Made by a program: the position numbers and the translations under genes
The notes under the pieces: generated by a model
Told to the model about the DNA's origin: nothing
Databases searched by the model: none
What the model saw: only the letters and a program-made list of their open reading frames with translations
Shown: positions 39,787 through 52,521 of the stretch, piece after piece
Position numbering within the stretch: the first letter of the stretch is position 1
How the letters are laid out: every line of letters begins with the position of its first letter
NCBI GenBank assembly: GCA_000165425.1
Contig: CT868040.1
Coordinates: 1-64,000, forward strand
Source: Paramecium tetraurelia
Lineage: Eukaryota
Reading direction: 5' to 3'
Length of the DNA stretch: 64,000 nt

Positions 39787-40550
39787 ATGAATCCTCTTCA
39801 CAAAATATACTTGTAAGCCTTGATTAATCAATCGCAACAAGAATCTTCTCAACAAGTGAAGTAGGAGGAGAATAGTTAGAAATAAAATGTGCAAGTATTT
39901 GAAAATATCAATATCTGTTTAGTATTTACAAAAACAGTAACTTTTGCAGATAATTCAACAATGTTAAACCTAGTACCAACCAATTTAGCAAGTTTCGTAA
40001 GATTTTAAAATATTCAAAAAGCAAGCCTCCAACTTTAATTGAGGTTCAGAATTAGGTTACTTCTTACTTATAGAAAATCATTCTTCAGAAACAAACTATC
40101 AATTTAACAAACGTGTTAGATGTTCAATTACCGTATTTCCTGATTATTATGGGCAATCTCATAATATATGGATTGGAAAATTGCTCAGCAGACAAAGAAA
40201 TCGTAACAGATCTGTTGTCACAGTATAAAGCCAACCCATTAAAGATATCAATGAGTGGTTCTCTGTTCTAAACGATAGCTCTTCTCTTCCGTTCTGAACT
40301 CATTAATTATGATCAAAGTTCTAGATTATTATTATAAAAGGTACAAAATATCTTGCCAATTTTTTGCTTTTCAGAGATGACTTTTGTGACATCTTTTTCA
40401 ATGCCCTCTATTGCTATCAAATATCGCAGGGTCAAACAGTAAGTCAGCAGATTGGATTTACTCAAATACATTAGATCATCAAGAAATAACAAGACGATGT
40501 CTGGACCACATTCACCTTCAAATTGCTAAGTCAATAACAATAAAAGTTGA
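39787..40550 (+). CDS. Hypothetical protein
   Basis: MNPLHKIYLQALINQSQQ..; three short introns give a continuous frame to ..GPHSPSNCQVNNNKS-TGA. Confidence 0.65.
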
Positions 40551-40627
40551 CTAAGGATCAATTTTTAATGTAATTCAATAGATATACTCAATCTTTGAAT
40601 AACTTTTTCACTAAAAGCAATTTAATA

Positions 40628-41351
40628 ATGGATTTGGTTGCATAGAGTGTTAAGCAAACAGCCAAATTACATAACGATCAGATATTTTAGGAAGTACATT
40701 ATTTAATTAACCACTAGTATTTACTTATAATGGGAAGCTTTAAGGCCACGACTCAGGATTTCTTAAAAAAGGCCACCTAGGTATTCTTTGAAGAGACAGC
40801 CGATTTAGATTTGCTTAAATTTAGTTCCAACACAATTAAAATCCATAAGCAAATGAATTGCTAGATTCTATTCATTTTGCCAATGCTCCTTTAATTGGAA
40901 AGTCATTATTTAGACCATATCATATAAAATGGATTTACAGAAATGCAGGTCAAGAATAGTTCTAATTACTATTTGAAAATGATTGAAAAGCTGAAAAGCA
41001 AATGCGTTTACAATGGTGAAGAGGAATGCAATTGCAAAAAGTGTTAGTGGTATAAAATCACATTAATTTAATTAGCATAAGAAGAAATAGAAATTCAGCA
41101 AAAGAATCCCAAAAAAAGAAGAGAGAAGCTTTAGAGAAATTAGGTCCCTTATAGGATGAGTTTGATAAACTCCAAAAAAAAGTAAGAGTCAAGAATAATC
41201 TAAGGTTAAACAACTAGAAACTGAGAATCAATACATGACTTCCTTATTGTTTGATGTATTCAAACACCCTTCTGTTGAAAAAATAGCTTCTTAATTTCTC
41301 GAGCCCTTAACCAAAATAATTGCAGATTCAGACCCAATTGACGAATGTTGA
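40628..41351 (+). CDS. bZIP transcription factor with a Cys cluster before the basic region
   Basis: CVYNGEEECNCKKCQC-IRRNRNSAKESQKKKREALEKLGPLQDEFDKLQKKVKQLETENQYMTSLL; 3 short introns. Confidence 0.8.
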
Positions 41352-41440
41352 TGAATAATTAATTTCTAAATGTTTATTATGTTTGTATAAATTTCAAAAA
41401 CTAACATAGTATATTGATTTTAATAGTTATATTATTATAT

Positions 41441-42421
41441 TCACTTATTTTTGCCTTATATTTATTACTATTGCTATTGTCCCTCCTAGGCTTATTGAGC
41501 TTACAAGGCCTATTGCTCTTTTAAATAATTCATATAATTAACACTCTCCAGCAATGGCTTAGGTATTTCACCATTAGCATTGGGAGGGTAGTAATCGTAA
41601 TATGTATAAACAGATTCCGATTAAGGTTTAACCTCATCTGCTACATTTTTCTCTCCAAGTTCTTTTTTATGGTTCTATTATTTAGAGAACATGCTTACAT
41701 TATTTTTAATATAATCAGTCAAACCAAACCCGAACATTTAAGATTAGCTCTCATCCATTTAATAGCCATCTACTTCTCCTTAAACTAAGAAATTAGGATC
41801 CACAGAAACTTATTAAGATTGATATTCTTCCACCAATGAGGTTGTTGATTATTGCTGCTCTCTTGAAGTAGTTTGATTGTACAGAGATTTTGATTAATGC
41901 AGAGAGTGTTGTAAATCAGATGAAACTGATTATTTTTCTGATTTCTCAGTTCGTGACACTTACTTCGCATTTTCTATTTTAGATGTTTACTTTTTTGGTT
42001 TAGGAGGCTTGGGCATCTCTTCTGGTTTGACTGGCTTATAAAACTGTACTCCATCACAAACGTCAATTACATTTTATCGCTTTTTGGCTTCATTCTCATA
42101 ATATTGATATCTTTCATCCATATTCATAATGATTTTTTATTAAGGAGCTTCTATTGCCACAACCTGTTATTATTAGACTTCCTAGAAATCCTCTGAAACT
42201 TTTCGAGAAATTCGCTCTGTTGATGTTTTGGCTTTGGCAATAGGTTTTTGTTATGATGCTAGACTTATTTGTTTTGATAAATACAGCTTCTTTTTTATGC
42301 TGGACTTTTAGGCTTTGGTGGTACATACTAATCGATAAATTTAATTAATTACCTTAACTGGTTTCGGTTACCTAGTATTAGCTTATAATTTAACTGCTTA
42401 AATGGAAAACTCTGGTAACAT
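41441..42421 (-). CDS. Hypothetical low-complexity (P/K/Q/S-rich) protein
   Basis: MLPEFSIQAVKLQANTRQPKPVK|YVPPKPKSPA..; two introns (25 and 26 nt) give a frame to QQQQQIQGKNK-TGA. Confidence 0.7.
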
Positions 42422-43662
42422 TTATTATAAAATAATTAATTCTTAATACAAATAATATTAAAGCCTTCTGGTATTATATACTTTCTCCTCAAATTTCTAA
42501 GAGGATGCTCAGAAAATACAATTTGGAAATTCAAATGCAAAAATAGCTATTTTACTATAATTTGAAAATTAAGATTATGTATTATAATTGCTTGAAATAA
42601 TTCTATTATTATTTTTTTCATTTCATTTTTATCTTATAATAGAATATTTTTTTATGAAGAATTAAATTTTTGATTTTTGTTTATTTTCTCGCGTAAAATA
42701 AATTTTAATATTGATTTAGTTATTAGTAGGCCTTAAATAAAAAGTATTAATACTATTTTTCTTTATATTAAGTAAAATAATTTTTCTTACTCTATTTAAA
42801 ATATTTAATATAAATAGAATGTCTAAATATAAGCAAATAGTGATTAAGCTAAATTAGAAAATCTGGAAGCAATCCTGATTTTTCTCAGCCATTAATAATT
42901 ATATTTAATCAATAATATAACTTTCATGATTAGTTTATTAGTATTAAATAATTTGAGCAAGAAAGTGTACGAGATTAAGCTGAAACTATTCAAACTTTAG
43001 ATCAATTTCTTAAAGCAAATGAAAGATTAGAGATCAAAATAATTAGAGTCTAATAATCAGATGTTGAGGCATTAGTTATAAGTAGAGAAGTAATGATAAA
43101 CTTTAAGTTTAGGTTTAAAGTTTATCATGAAATTAGGTGCTCAAATAGAATTAGATGATTGGCATTATAATAAATTTCTTTAGCAAATTATATAATAAAA
43201 ATATCATACTCTTATAGAGCATATTAAATCATAGGGATAAATACAAATATCCATCATTTGATACAAGAATCATATTTTTTTTTAAATTAATGTTCAATAT
43301 TTGCTGATTTCTTCTTATTAACTTGATGAGAAAATAAAAGTTGATTGCAAAAAAGTATTAGGATGAGAGCAACTGTAAAATTTTGGTTCCTGAATTGATT
43401 ATTATAGCAAGATAAAAAGGATTAAAATATGAGTATCACTATTTTAATATTACAATTTAAATTACATTTTGAAAGCACATTAAAGAGTAATGTAAAATTT
43501 AATTTCAATTATCAATCATGTAATTAAAAAGGCCTAAAGAACTGAATTATGGACAAGATAATTTATGAGTGTGATCAGTTCAATTCTAGAAGCATTAATT
43601 TGTTTCTAGAATGAAGTATAATTGAAGTTTGAAATGATAATAATTCTAAAAATTATTAATTC

Positions 43663-44511
43663 ATGGAAGACATAAAATAGGTTCCGTCCTTTCTAATAAA
43701 ATTGTACGAAATTCTTGAAGTAATTATAACCCGCTATTCTTGAGTCTGAATAAGCGGCGATATGTTGGAACAAGGAGGGAACAACATTTCAGATCCAAGA
43801 CCCTGAGTTATTGACGGATCAAATTCTGCCACAATACTTCAAGCATCGCAATTACCAGAGTTTCTTGAGGTAGGGAATGAGTTAATCGGCTTAGGCAGCT
43901 TAATATGTATGGCTTTAAGAAATTGAAAAATAAATAAGGGAAGAATGAGTTCGTACATTAACAATTCAGAAGAGGAGTTAAGTATGAGTGACCTTATTAA
44001 TCTAAGAAATAACTTACTAAAGATTAAGCGTCGAAATCAGGAGGATATAAAGCAGAGTTTGGAAACTCTGACCAAGGAATTCTAATCGGAATCATATTTA
44101 ATTGAGCATGAGAAAATGAGAAGGCAGTTAATGCAGATGCAGTAGGAGCAACAGAGAATATTGTATGAAATCAGATTCTAAATGGATCGCAATCGTAAAT
44201 TGTAAAGAGAGACCCAGGATATCATCGATGTAAGTTACTATAAATTGATGTAGAAAATAAACCAAATGAAAAACTATTCAGTGGCAAAGCTTAATAAACT
44301 CGTGCTTATCATATAGAAGTTGCCTCAGGATGCCCAAATTAGCAAGATGGCTATGTTAAAGGATAAGATCTTACGAAAATTGGAAACGATTGAATAAGAC
44401 AATTGTCAATTAAAAGATATCTCTTTTGATAAACAAGAATCAAATAGTTATTATGAGCCAAATTTAACAGGAGTTAGAAGTCCTGCTGGATACTCACCTA
44501 AAACTAAATGA
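43663..44511 (+). CDS. HSF-type DNA-binding domain protein
   Basis: [70 protein letters not shown], then a coiled coil; 4 short introns. Confidence 0.93.
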
Positions 44512-44827
44512 AATTATATTTATTGATTCAAATACAAATAAAAATAAGAAAATAAACTAAGGAAATTCTTCGCCAATTTTTTAACTTGAACTTAAAACAA
44601 AGAGGTGTATGTCCATTGAGTAGGGAACCCACTTTGTTTTAGCGGGGAGTAGGAGGATGGTTTAGTTTAAGAAATAAAATAATTAACGATTAATGAAATG
44701 TTTGAATAATAAAATGAGAAAATAACAGAGGTTAAATTTAGATTAGGTATGATGTTGAAGAGAGGCGATTGAAAATTTAGAAAAGTAAGGATTTTTGTTG
44801 AATTATTATTATAAACAATATAATTAA

Positions 44828-47800
44828 ATGTTTTGGTCTAAGCGACCCGAAACTTTCAATGCTCCTCGTCAATTTGTAGGGAATTTTAAATGCGAAAGGA
44901 ATTTATAAGAATTAGAGGAATTTCCATCGAATTTCATCAAAACATCAAGGTAAGCAATCATGTGAAGTGTAGATATAATGTGGTAACTTTTCTACCGAAA
45001 TCGTTACTCCTTCAATTTACTCGATATGCGAACATCTACTTTTTGTGCATAGCAATTATTTAATGTATTCCAGTGCTTTCAACCCTAAACCCTTTCAGTG
45101 CAATAGCCCCTTTGGTTTTTGTGTTAGGTTTATCTATGGCTCGAGAAGGTATTAAAAATGAGATCAAATTTTAGGGTGGGAAGACTACGGACGTCACGTA
45201 TCGGACAATGAAGTAAACTCGACGGAATGTATAATCTTGAAATCGAGAGTGCCGACAAAGTAATGAAATAACACAATAGATAGTTCAACTTGGGCGGAAT
45301 TATCTGTGGGGGATTATGTGTTGGTGAAGTAGGACGAGAGTTTTCCTGCTGATCTCATAGTGCTTTCAAGTGCAATTCCAAGCGGGGCTTGTTACATCGA
45401 GACATCCTCTTTGGATGGAGAGAAAAATTTGAAACCAAAGAGTGCCATTTTGGAGAGTCAATAACTGTATCAGGAAATGGCAAATTATAATGAAGATGCT
45501 ATACGTGTGGAAGCATAGGTTCCTACTTAAAATCTTTATGAATTGGATGCTTCCTTGTTTTTGCCAATTGGTAATGGTTAGTAGAAAAAGTTTTAGTTAA
45601 CAGCTAAGTAGTTATTGTTAAGAGGTGCATTCCTCAGAAATACTGAATGGATTATAGGGTTAGTTGTTTATACAGGATAGGACACTAAGATCATGAGGAA
45701 TGCTGATGCCTCAAGAATAAAGTCAAGTGAAATAGAAAGAATTATGAACATTCTCATTTTGGGGATTCTAGTGGTGCAAATCACTTTGTCAATCATCACA
45801 GCTTCCTTTTCATCAGCTTGGCTCCATAATTATGGAAGCGACAGTTGGTATTTGGAATATACTGACTTTTAACCGAACTTGCTCAGTTTTTATGCGTTTT
45901 TCAGTTATATTTTATTATATAATACAATGATTCCTATATCATTGATAGTTAGTTTGGAATTCGTTAAAGTGTTCCAAGCTTACTTTATTGAATAAGACGA
46001 GGAGATGTATGTAGCTCAGAGGAACAAATTCGCTAAAGTGTAAACTACAACCATTAATGAAGAGTTAGGACAAGTGGAATATATCTTCTCTGACAAAACT
46101 GGAACTTTGACCTGCAATCAAATGGAATTCAAATATTGTATTATTGGCAACGTACTCTACGGCAAGGATCAATCCAACACAAACAATCCAGTATATAATG
46201 TAGATCTAAAAAGACAGCAAACCGCTAAAGTACATCCTGAAAGTGAGGTGTTCCAGCATTCAGTCTTCAATTTCCAAGATGCTGAATTGAGTGATATTCT
46301 AAAAGGCGAGGGATCCACAGGTGACATGCCAGTACATCTTAGAATTGCATCCCAAGACGGTAAATAATAGGTGACTCTTTCTAATCAGCGAGATTTAATA
46401 CAAGAATACTTGTTCTTGCTCTCCTCAGCTCATGAGTGCATTATCCAATACGACAAGAATTAAAATGCTTCCTATCAAGGACCGTCTCCAGATGAGATCA
46501 CTCTTGTAGATGCAGCAGCTAGATTAGGATTTCAATTCACTGGATCCTCAGCTAGTGAGTAATGTTTCAAGATTTTGGGCAAAGAAAAAAAAGTCAAATT
46601 GCTCAAATCCTTTGAATTTGATTCCACTCGAAAGCGAATGAGTGTTATAATCGATGACAATGGAATCATCAAATTATATATCAAAGGAGCAGACAATATC
46701 ATCAAAGATAGACTATTGCCTAATCAACCATTTCTGAATGAGATTATCAATTATTTAGATGACTTTAGTAAAATTGGGTTGAGATGTCTACTCATGGCTT
46801 CAAGAGTGCTGTCTCATTAAGAATACCAAGATTTCGATCATGCCTATAATAATTTACCAGATAATGAAACTAGAGCTAATGAATTAGGTAATTTTGCATT
46901 ACAAAATAGAAAAACTAACAAGTAACTTGGAAAAATAACTCACTTTATTGGGAGCTTCTGCAGTTGAAGATAAACTATAGCCTTTAGTCCCAGAGACGAT
47001 TGCTGACTTATTAAAAGCTAACATAAAGGTGTGGATGTTAACAGGGGATAAACTAGAGACAGCAGAGAATATTGCCAAGAGTTGCAGATTGATCTAAGGA
47101 GATTTCACAGTGATGCGATTGTCAGTGCCCACTGTGGAGGAATGTAAAAAGAAATTAGGAGATATCCAAGATACTTATGATCTATGTATAAAAGAGAATA
47201 GAAAAAAAGTATTCAAACATCTTATTGTAGTCAATAGTAGTTGAAGGAGCCTCCCTATAGTTTGTAATAGATAACGAAGATTTAGCCTAGGCCTTTGTTA
47301 GTATGGCAAAGGATTGTGAAAGTATTGTGTGTTGCAGAGTAACCCCTAAGTAGAAGGCTGATGTGGTCAGATTGATTAAAGACAGATTGAACAAGATCAC
47401 TTTGGCCATTGGAGATGGAGCCAACGATGTCAATATGATTCAGGCTGCACATATTGGAGTTGGTCTTTATGGAAATGAAGGAATGAGGGCAGTTTAAAGT
47501 AGTGATTTTGCTTTGGGAGAATTCAGATGTTTATGGAGGTTATTATTGGTGCATGGACATTGGAATTACATTAGAATTGCAGAGATGGTACTGTATTTCT
47601 TTTACAAAAACATGATATTCACCGTACCCCAATTCTTCTTTTCCTATTTCTGTGCCTTCTCAGGGTAGTCTTTCTTTGATGATTGGTACATCACTTTCTA
47701 TAATCTTATCTTTACAGCACTGCCACTGATTATGAGAGGCACATTTGATTAGGATATCAATTATAGATAATATTGCCAATATGACTCAAAGGAAGAGGTA

Positions 47801-48496
47801 GCTAATGTGCAAAAGAAACAGGAATAATACTTAAGACTCAAGTTTCCAAGTCTCTATTACGTTGGACAAAATAAAACTATTTTCACCATCCCTAATTATT
47901 TACTTTGGGCTTTCAATGGCTTGGTTCATGGAATGATCATATTTTTCTTTGTACTTTGGATCATGGACTTTGAGATCGTCTAAAATTCAGGAGAATCAAG
48001 TGGTTTGGCTCCCTTCTCATTGACTGTCTATTCCTGCATCATTTTAGTAAACTTATTTATATTATTTTAGATTGCCGATCTTAAAATAGCTATTCACACT
48101 AAATTCTGGACTTGGTTTAATTTTATTTGTATCACCTTTCTGTCTCTTCTACTTTACATCCTATACGTGATCATTTCGAATTTCTGGCCTGGAACTCTGA
48201 TGGAATATACTCCATTCACAATGGTTGGCACTCCTCACTTCTGGTTGAGTTTATTGCTAATAGGGGCTATAATAGGAGGACTGGAAGCCATATAGGCTGA
48301 ATTCATAAGGGAATTCTTTACTGATCCAGCTACAGAGATGTTAAACAAAATTAAAGTCTTTGAACATAATCTCAATAAGTGGGTAGAAAACTAGGAGAAA
48401 ATTGCAAGACAAGATTCATTTTGGGCTGGAATTTACAAATAAAAGGAGGCTGTTGAGGAGTAAGAGCTAGTGCGATTTAGTGGATCATAACAATGA
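44828..48496 (+). CDS. P4-type ATPase (phospholipid flippase)
   Basis: [109 protein letters not shown]. Confidence 0.97.
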
Positions 48497-48799
48497 ATAA
48501 TACATTCTATATATCTATAAAAACATATGTTATTAATTTGTAATTCAATTTTTTAGATTGTGTAATAGATATTAAGTATTCTGGAATTAAAATGAACTGT
48601 GGAATGGATTCAAACTATTTTATTAGTTAGTTTCATAAAATACTACTAAAAAAAATACAATAAAATACAATAACATCAAGTAATTATTAATAGTTTTCCA
48701 TTTCTTGAGATTCCCTTATTATCTAAATTATATCAAAAATCCAAAACAACAACTTTTTAGTGATTTTCAATTAGATGTTGATATTATTTTTATAAATAA

Positions 48800-51077
48800 A
48801 TGCATAAAAAAAAAATAAAAAGAACCGATCTTTAATCGGCTCCTGACATTATTAAGACTAGACACAGACCTACAAATCATCTGGAAATAGAAAATCTAGT
48901 AATGCAAGATATGCGTAAGAAAATATTGAATGATGAAATGAATACTCTACAGTTTTATGATATAGTTATACCTGATTAGGATGAGATGATTACTTCGCTT
49001 AAAGATACAACAAAGAAACCGATTAAGCTTCACTAGAAAGTTCATAGAACTGATTTAGAAAAAAAGTTGAGAGCGCGATTGTCAAATGAGGCTGGTGCCA
49101 AATTATTGTTACAAGAAATGTAAATGACTATGATATTCGAGTTATGAGAAACTTGAAGAAGACCCTGAGAATCACTCGACGACTGTCCGTAAAAAGTTGC
49201 ACCAGGAGGAGCAATTTAAAGCAAATCAATAATATAAAGCAGAAAGTGATGATTAATTGGTAGCCAATTTGGATACTTGGTATAAAGGCGTTAAAAAGAG
49301 ATAGAAAGAAGAGCAAGATAAATTGAAATAGGAATAGGAGAAAGAAAGTATCACAATGAGTTTAATTGTTAGGACTTGCTAAAATACAATTGTAGGAGAA
49401 GTCGCAATCATTGCAAGCAATGAGGAGAGGCGGCTTGAATGACAGGTCAAAAGCTATGTAAGGAATGCCAGCCTTTCCAAAATTAATTGTTGAGTCTGCC
49501 AAGTCTGAAGGAGAACCGAGTGCTTTTAGATAGAAATTGATGGGATCCTTGCAAAAGATCTCAGCCATCAAAAAAATTGAGATGCTTCATCAAGATCAGA
49601 CTCTAATCAAATAGTTGGATAAGTATATGCAGTAGGGTTCTACTTTGACACAACAGGAATTAGCATAGATTGAATTAGCAAGAGCAAAACAATAGGGAGA
49701 CGAAAAGCAAGATGGGACTCTGATATTCGATTATACTGTTGAAGGTTTGAAAAATAGTTTACATACATTAATTAAGATGCAATTGGTTCAATTTTAAAAT
49801 GCGAGTGACCGAGCATTATTTTATGAGAAATAAACAAATCAGATTTTATTATCAATCAATTCCAGACTGGAGAGACAAAAAAATACTGTAAAAAAGAATG
49901 AGAAAGACCTTGAAACCTTGAGAATGGAGAATCATGACATTCATAAAAAGTTAAGAGCCATATAAGATTTCGTAAATATGTAATTTAATTGTAGATGAAA
50001 GAAAGATAGGAGGAATTGAGAGGAATCAATAAGAAACCATAATAGGCTTCTAATTCACCCAATATTAAAAATAATGCTAGTTAGGTTGACAATTATATGG
50101 TAATTGCAGTGAAGTAGAATGAATTGGAAAGTTAGATTGATTAAATGAAAGATAATTACAGCAAGTTCTAATAATAGATGAAGTTGAATTCAATTTAGAT
50201 TGAAAAACTAGAATAGGAGAACTCAAAATTGAATAAGAACAATAAAGCATTGTTGAAATCAATTTAAGGATTCTTGTTAGAATTACTTAAAATTGGTTTG
50301 GATTGTAGATCCTAAGGACTGTCTTGGATAATTAAAGCGGTTTGGGATTCAGGAGAGAAGATTGCAGAAGCAAGTTTCCCTCCATATTTGGATAGCAAGG
50401 CTAGGGACTTCTTAATTATTAAAACCAGGAAGACAATTGAACTGAATGATTTATTTAAAAAGGCTCATTAATTGTTCAGCAATTACAGAGAAGCTTCAAT
50501 TGATACAGGAAACAATTCGATAGTGTCTCTATTATCCAAAAATCACTTTTCTTAGATTGATTCATTGGACATAAAGAAATAGCATATAGAATAGATTAAA
50601 TAGAAGTAAGAGTCTTAAGTAACCCTACTTGTACAAGGATTAAGTGAGACAGAACATAAGCTGATTCAATCCACTCTTATCCATATATTTTAGAGCAAAG
50701 AGACCTTAAATGATATTATTTACAATGAAGCTTAGAGGAGGATAGCAAAGATGTTTAAAACTGAAGCGAATTAGGAATAATCGATTGTGTTTACTGAGAT
50801 CAATAACTTTGAGAAGGACAAATTGATAAAGGAGTACCAATAGATACAAAAAGATATAGAGGTGAAGGAGGGACAGTTTAGGAAGTTTGAGGAAGCTGAG
50901 TTGCAAAGGTTAGTTAAGGAGATTGATTACAAGAACTACTTGGCGAGGTATATGAGTATGAAATATTATAGATTTAATGTTGAAGCATTGTAAGTGTTGG
51001 CTGCATTGTTCGGATACACGAGGGCTGAAAGGGAATTAATAAAATATGGTATGATGCACAAAATGTTTAATAATTGA
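48800..51077 (+). CDS. Hypothetical coiled-coil protein with a 'GLDCRSQGLSWIIKAVW..FPPYLD' block
   Basis: MHKKKIKRTDLQSAPD.., long code-6 frame with short introns, ends VLAALFGYTRAERELIKYGMMHKMFNN-TGA. Confidence 0.75.
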
Positions 51078-51094
51078 TTAATTAATTTATTGAG

Positions 51095-52487
51095 ATGATT
51101 GAGATGTAAACTTTGGGAGTGCGAACTGCACAACCAAAATTTTCTTTGCTGATTGATGATTCCCAAACTCTGAGTTATCGAGAATTGTTGAAATGCACGG
51201 CTCCCTTGGCTCTGATCGATGTCTAGACTCTAAGTGCCAGTCATTATTAATAATTCAAGAATGTCTTTGTGACTTAAACGAGGGCTGTTTCAGTAAGGAA
51301 TACTATCATTATAGGAACTATAATTCGAGGAGATAGCATCATTGGTTGATTTCATACCAGGAGCAACTACTTCATAGATGATGGTGGCTTTAGGAACAAT
51401 CTCAAAAAAAAATGCGCTGGGGGGAATCGTTGCTTTGGTGGCATATACAGTGCCTGGAGCTATGATATTAACAATTTTAGGTTACATTTACAGTAAGTAC
51501 CCTGATCCCAGAGATCTCAACATTCTTGTGTTTCTGGCTATTCAGGGCATCAAATCGAGTACTGTTGCCTTGATCCTACAATTGCTGATATCAATGGCTG
51601 CGAAATCTATTAGCAATAAGATGCACATTGCATTATCGGTGTTAAGCGCAGCATTGTTTGTAGCATATCAATAACCGTATGTGTTAATATTAACTATGAT
51701 GATGGGAGGAATAATAACAATTATGGTTGAATACGATGCAGAAAATACAATTGGAAGAAGAACCTTTGTAAAGGAGTAAACTGCTACTCCCGCAATTGTT
51801 AATGACCCAAAATTAATTAATAAAAAAAACAGTCACAAAATCAGTTAATTATTAGGAAATAAATCCTTACACTTATATTCCGTTATACTATTATTATTGT
51901 TGTATCTCAATTCTAAATATTAATCGCTTATCTTGGACATCACTCTCTCTTTTTACAACATTGGAACATTTATGATTGGAGGCACTCCTATAACTTTGCC
52001 TTTTATGTATGCTGAAACGGTTCTAAATCCTTTATATATAAATGCAGATGCATTTTGGTTAGGGTTTGGTCTTGCAGCTGCACTTCCTGGCCCTTATTTG
52101 AATTTTGCCATATTTTTGGGCACTCATAGTATGGGAATATATGGAGGCATATGTTGTTGGGTTGCAATATTTGTGCCTTCGATTTTGTAGATTTGGGGTT
52201 TGTTGCCTAATTGGAGCAATCTCAGGAAGAATGTTTATTTGTAGAAGTTCAAGGAAGGTGTGATTAGTGTGGCGATTGGATTTTTGGCAACTGCTGTATA
52301 TTATGGATGGGTAGATGCTTGTAGGTATGATTTATCAACTGCAACAGTCATTTCATTTTTGAGTCTAGTGTATGTTAGTTTGCTGAATTTCAACAGTCCT
52401 GCAGTTTTGACATTGGGTGCTGCTTTGTTTATTATTCGTTATCTTGCTTTATGGTATTATAGAGAATTGGATCCTGTGATATTTTGA
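51095..52487 (+). CDS. chrA: Chromate ion transporter (CHR/ChrA family, long two-domain type)
   Basis: Two homologous halves: FIPGATTSQMMVALG..AYTVPG and FYNIGTFMIGG..FWLGFGLAAALPGPYLNFAIFLG..AIFVPS; multiple TM helices; one intron. Confidence 0.88.
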
Positions 52488-52521
52488 TCATAAAATAATT
52501 ATTTATTAATATATGGATATA

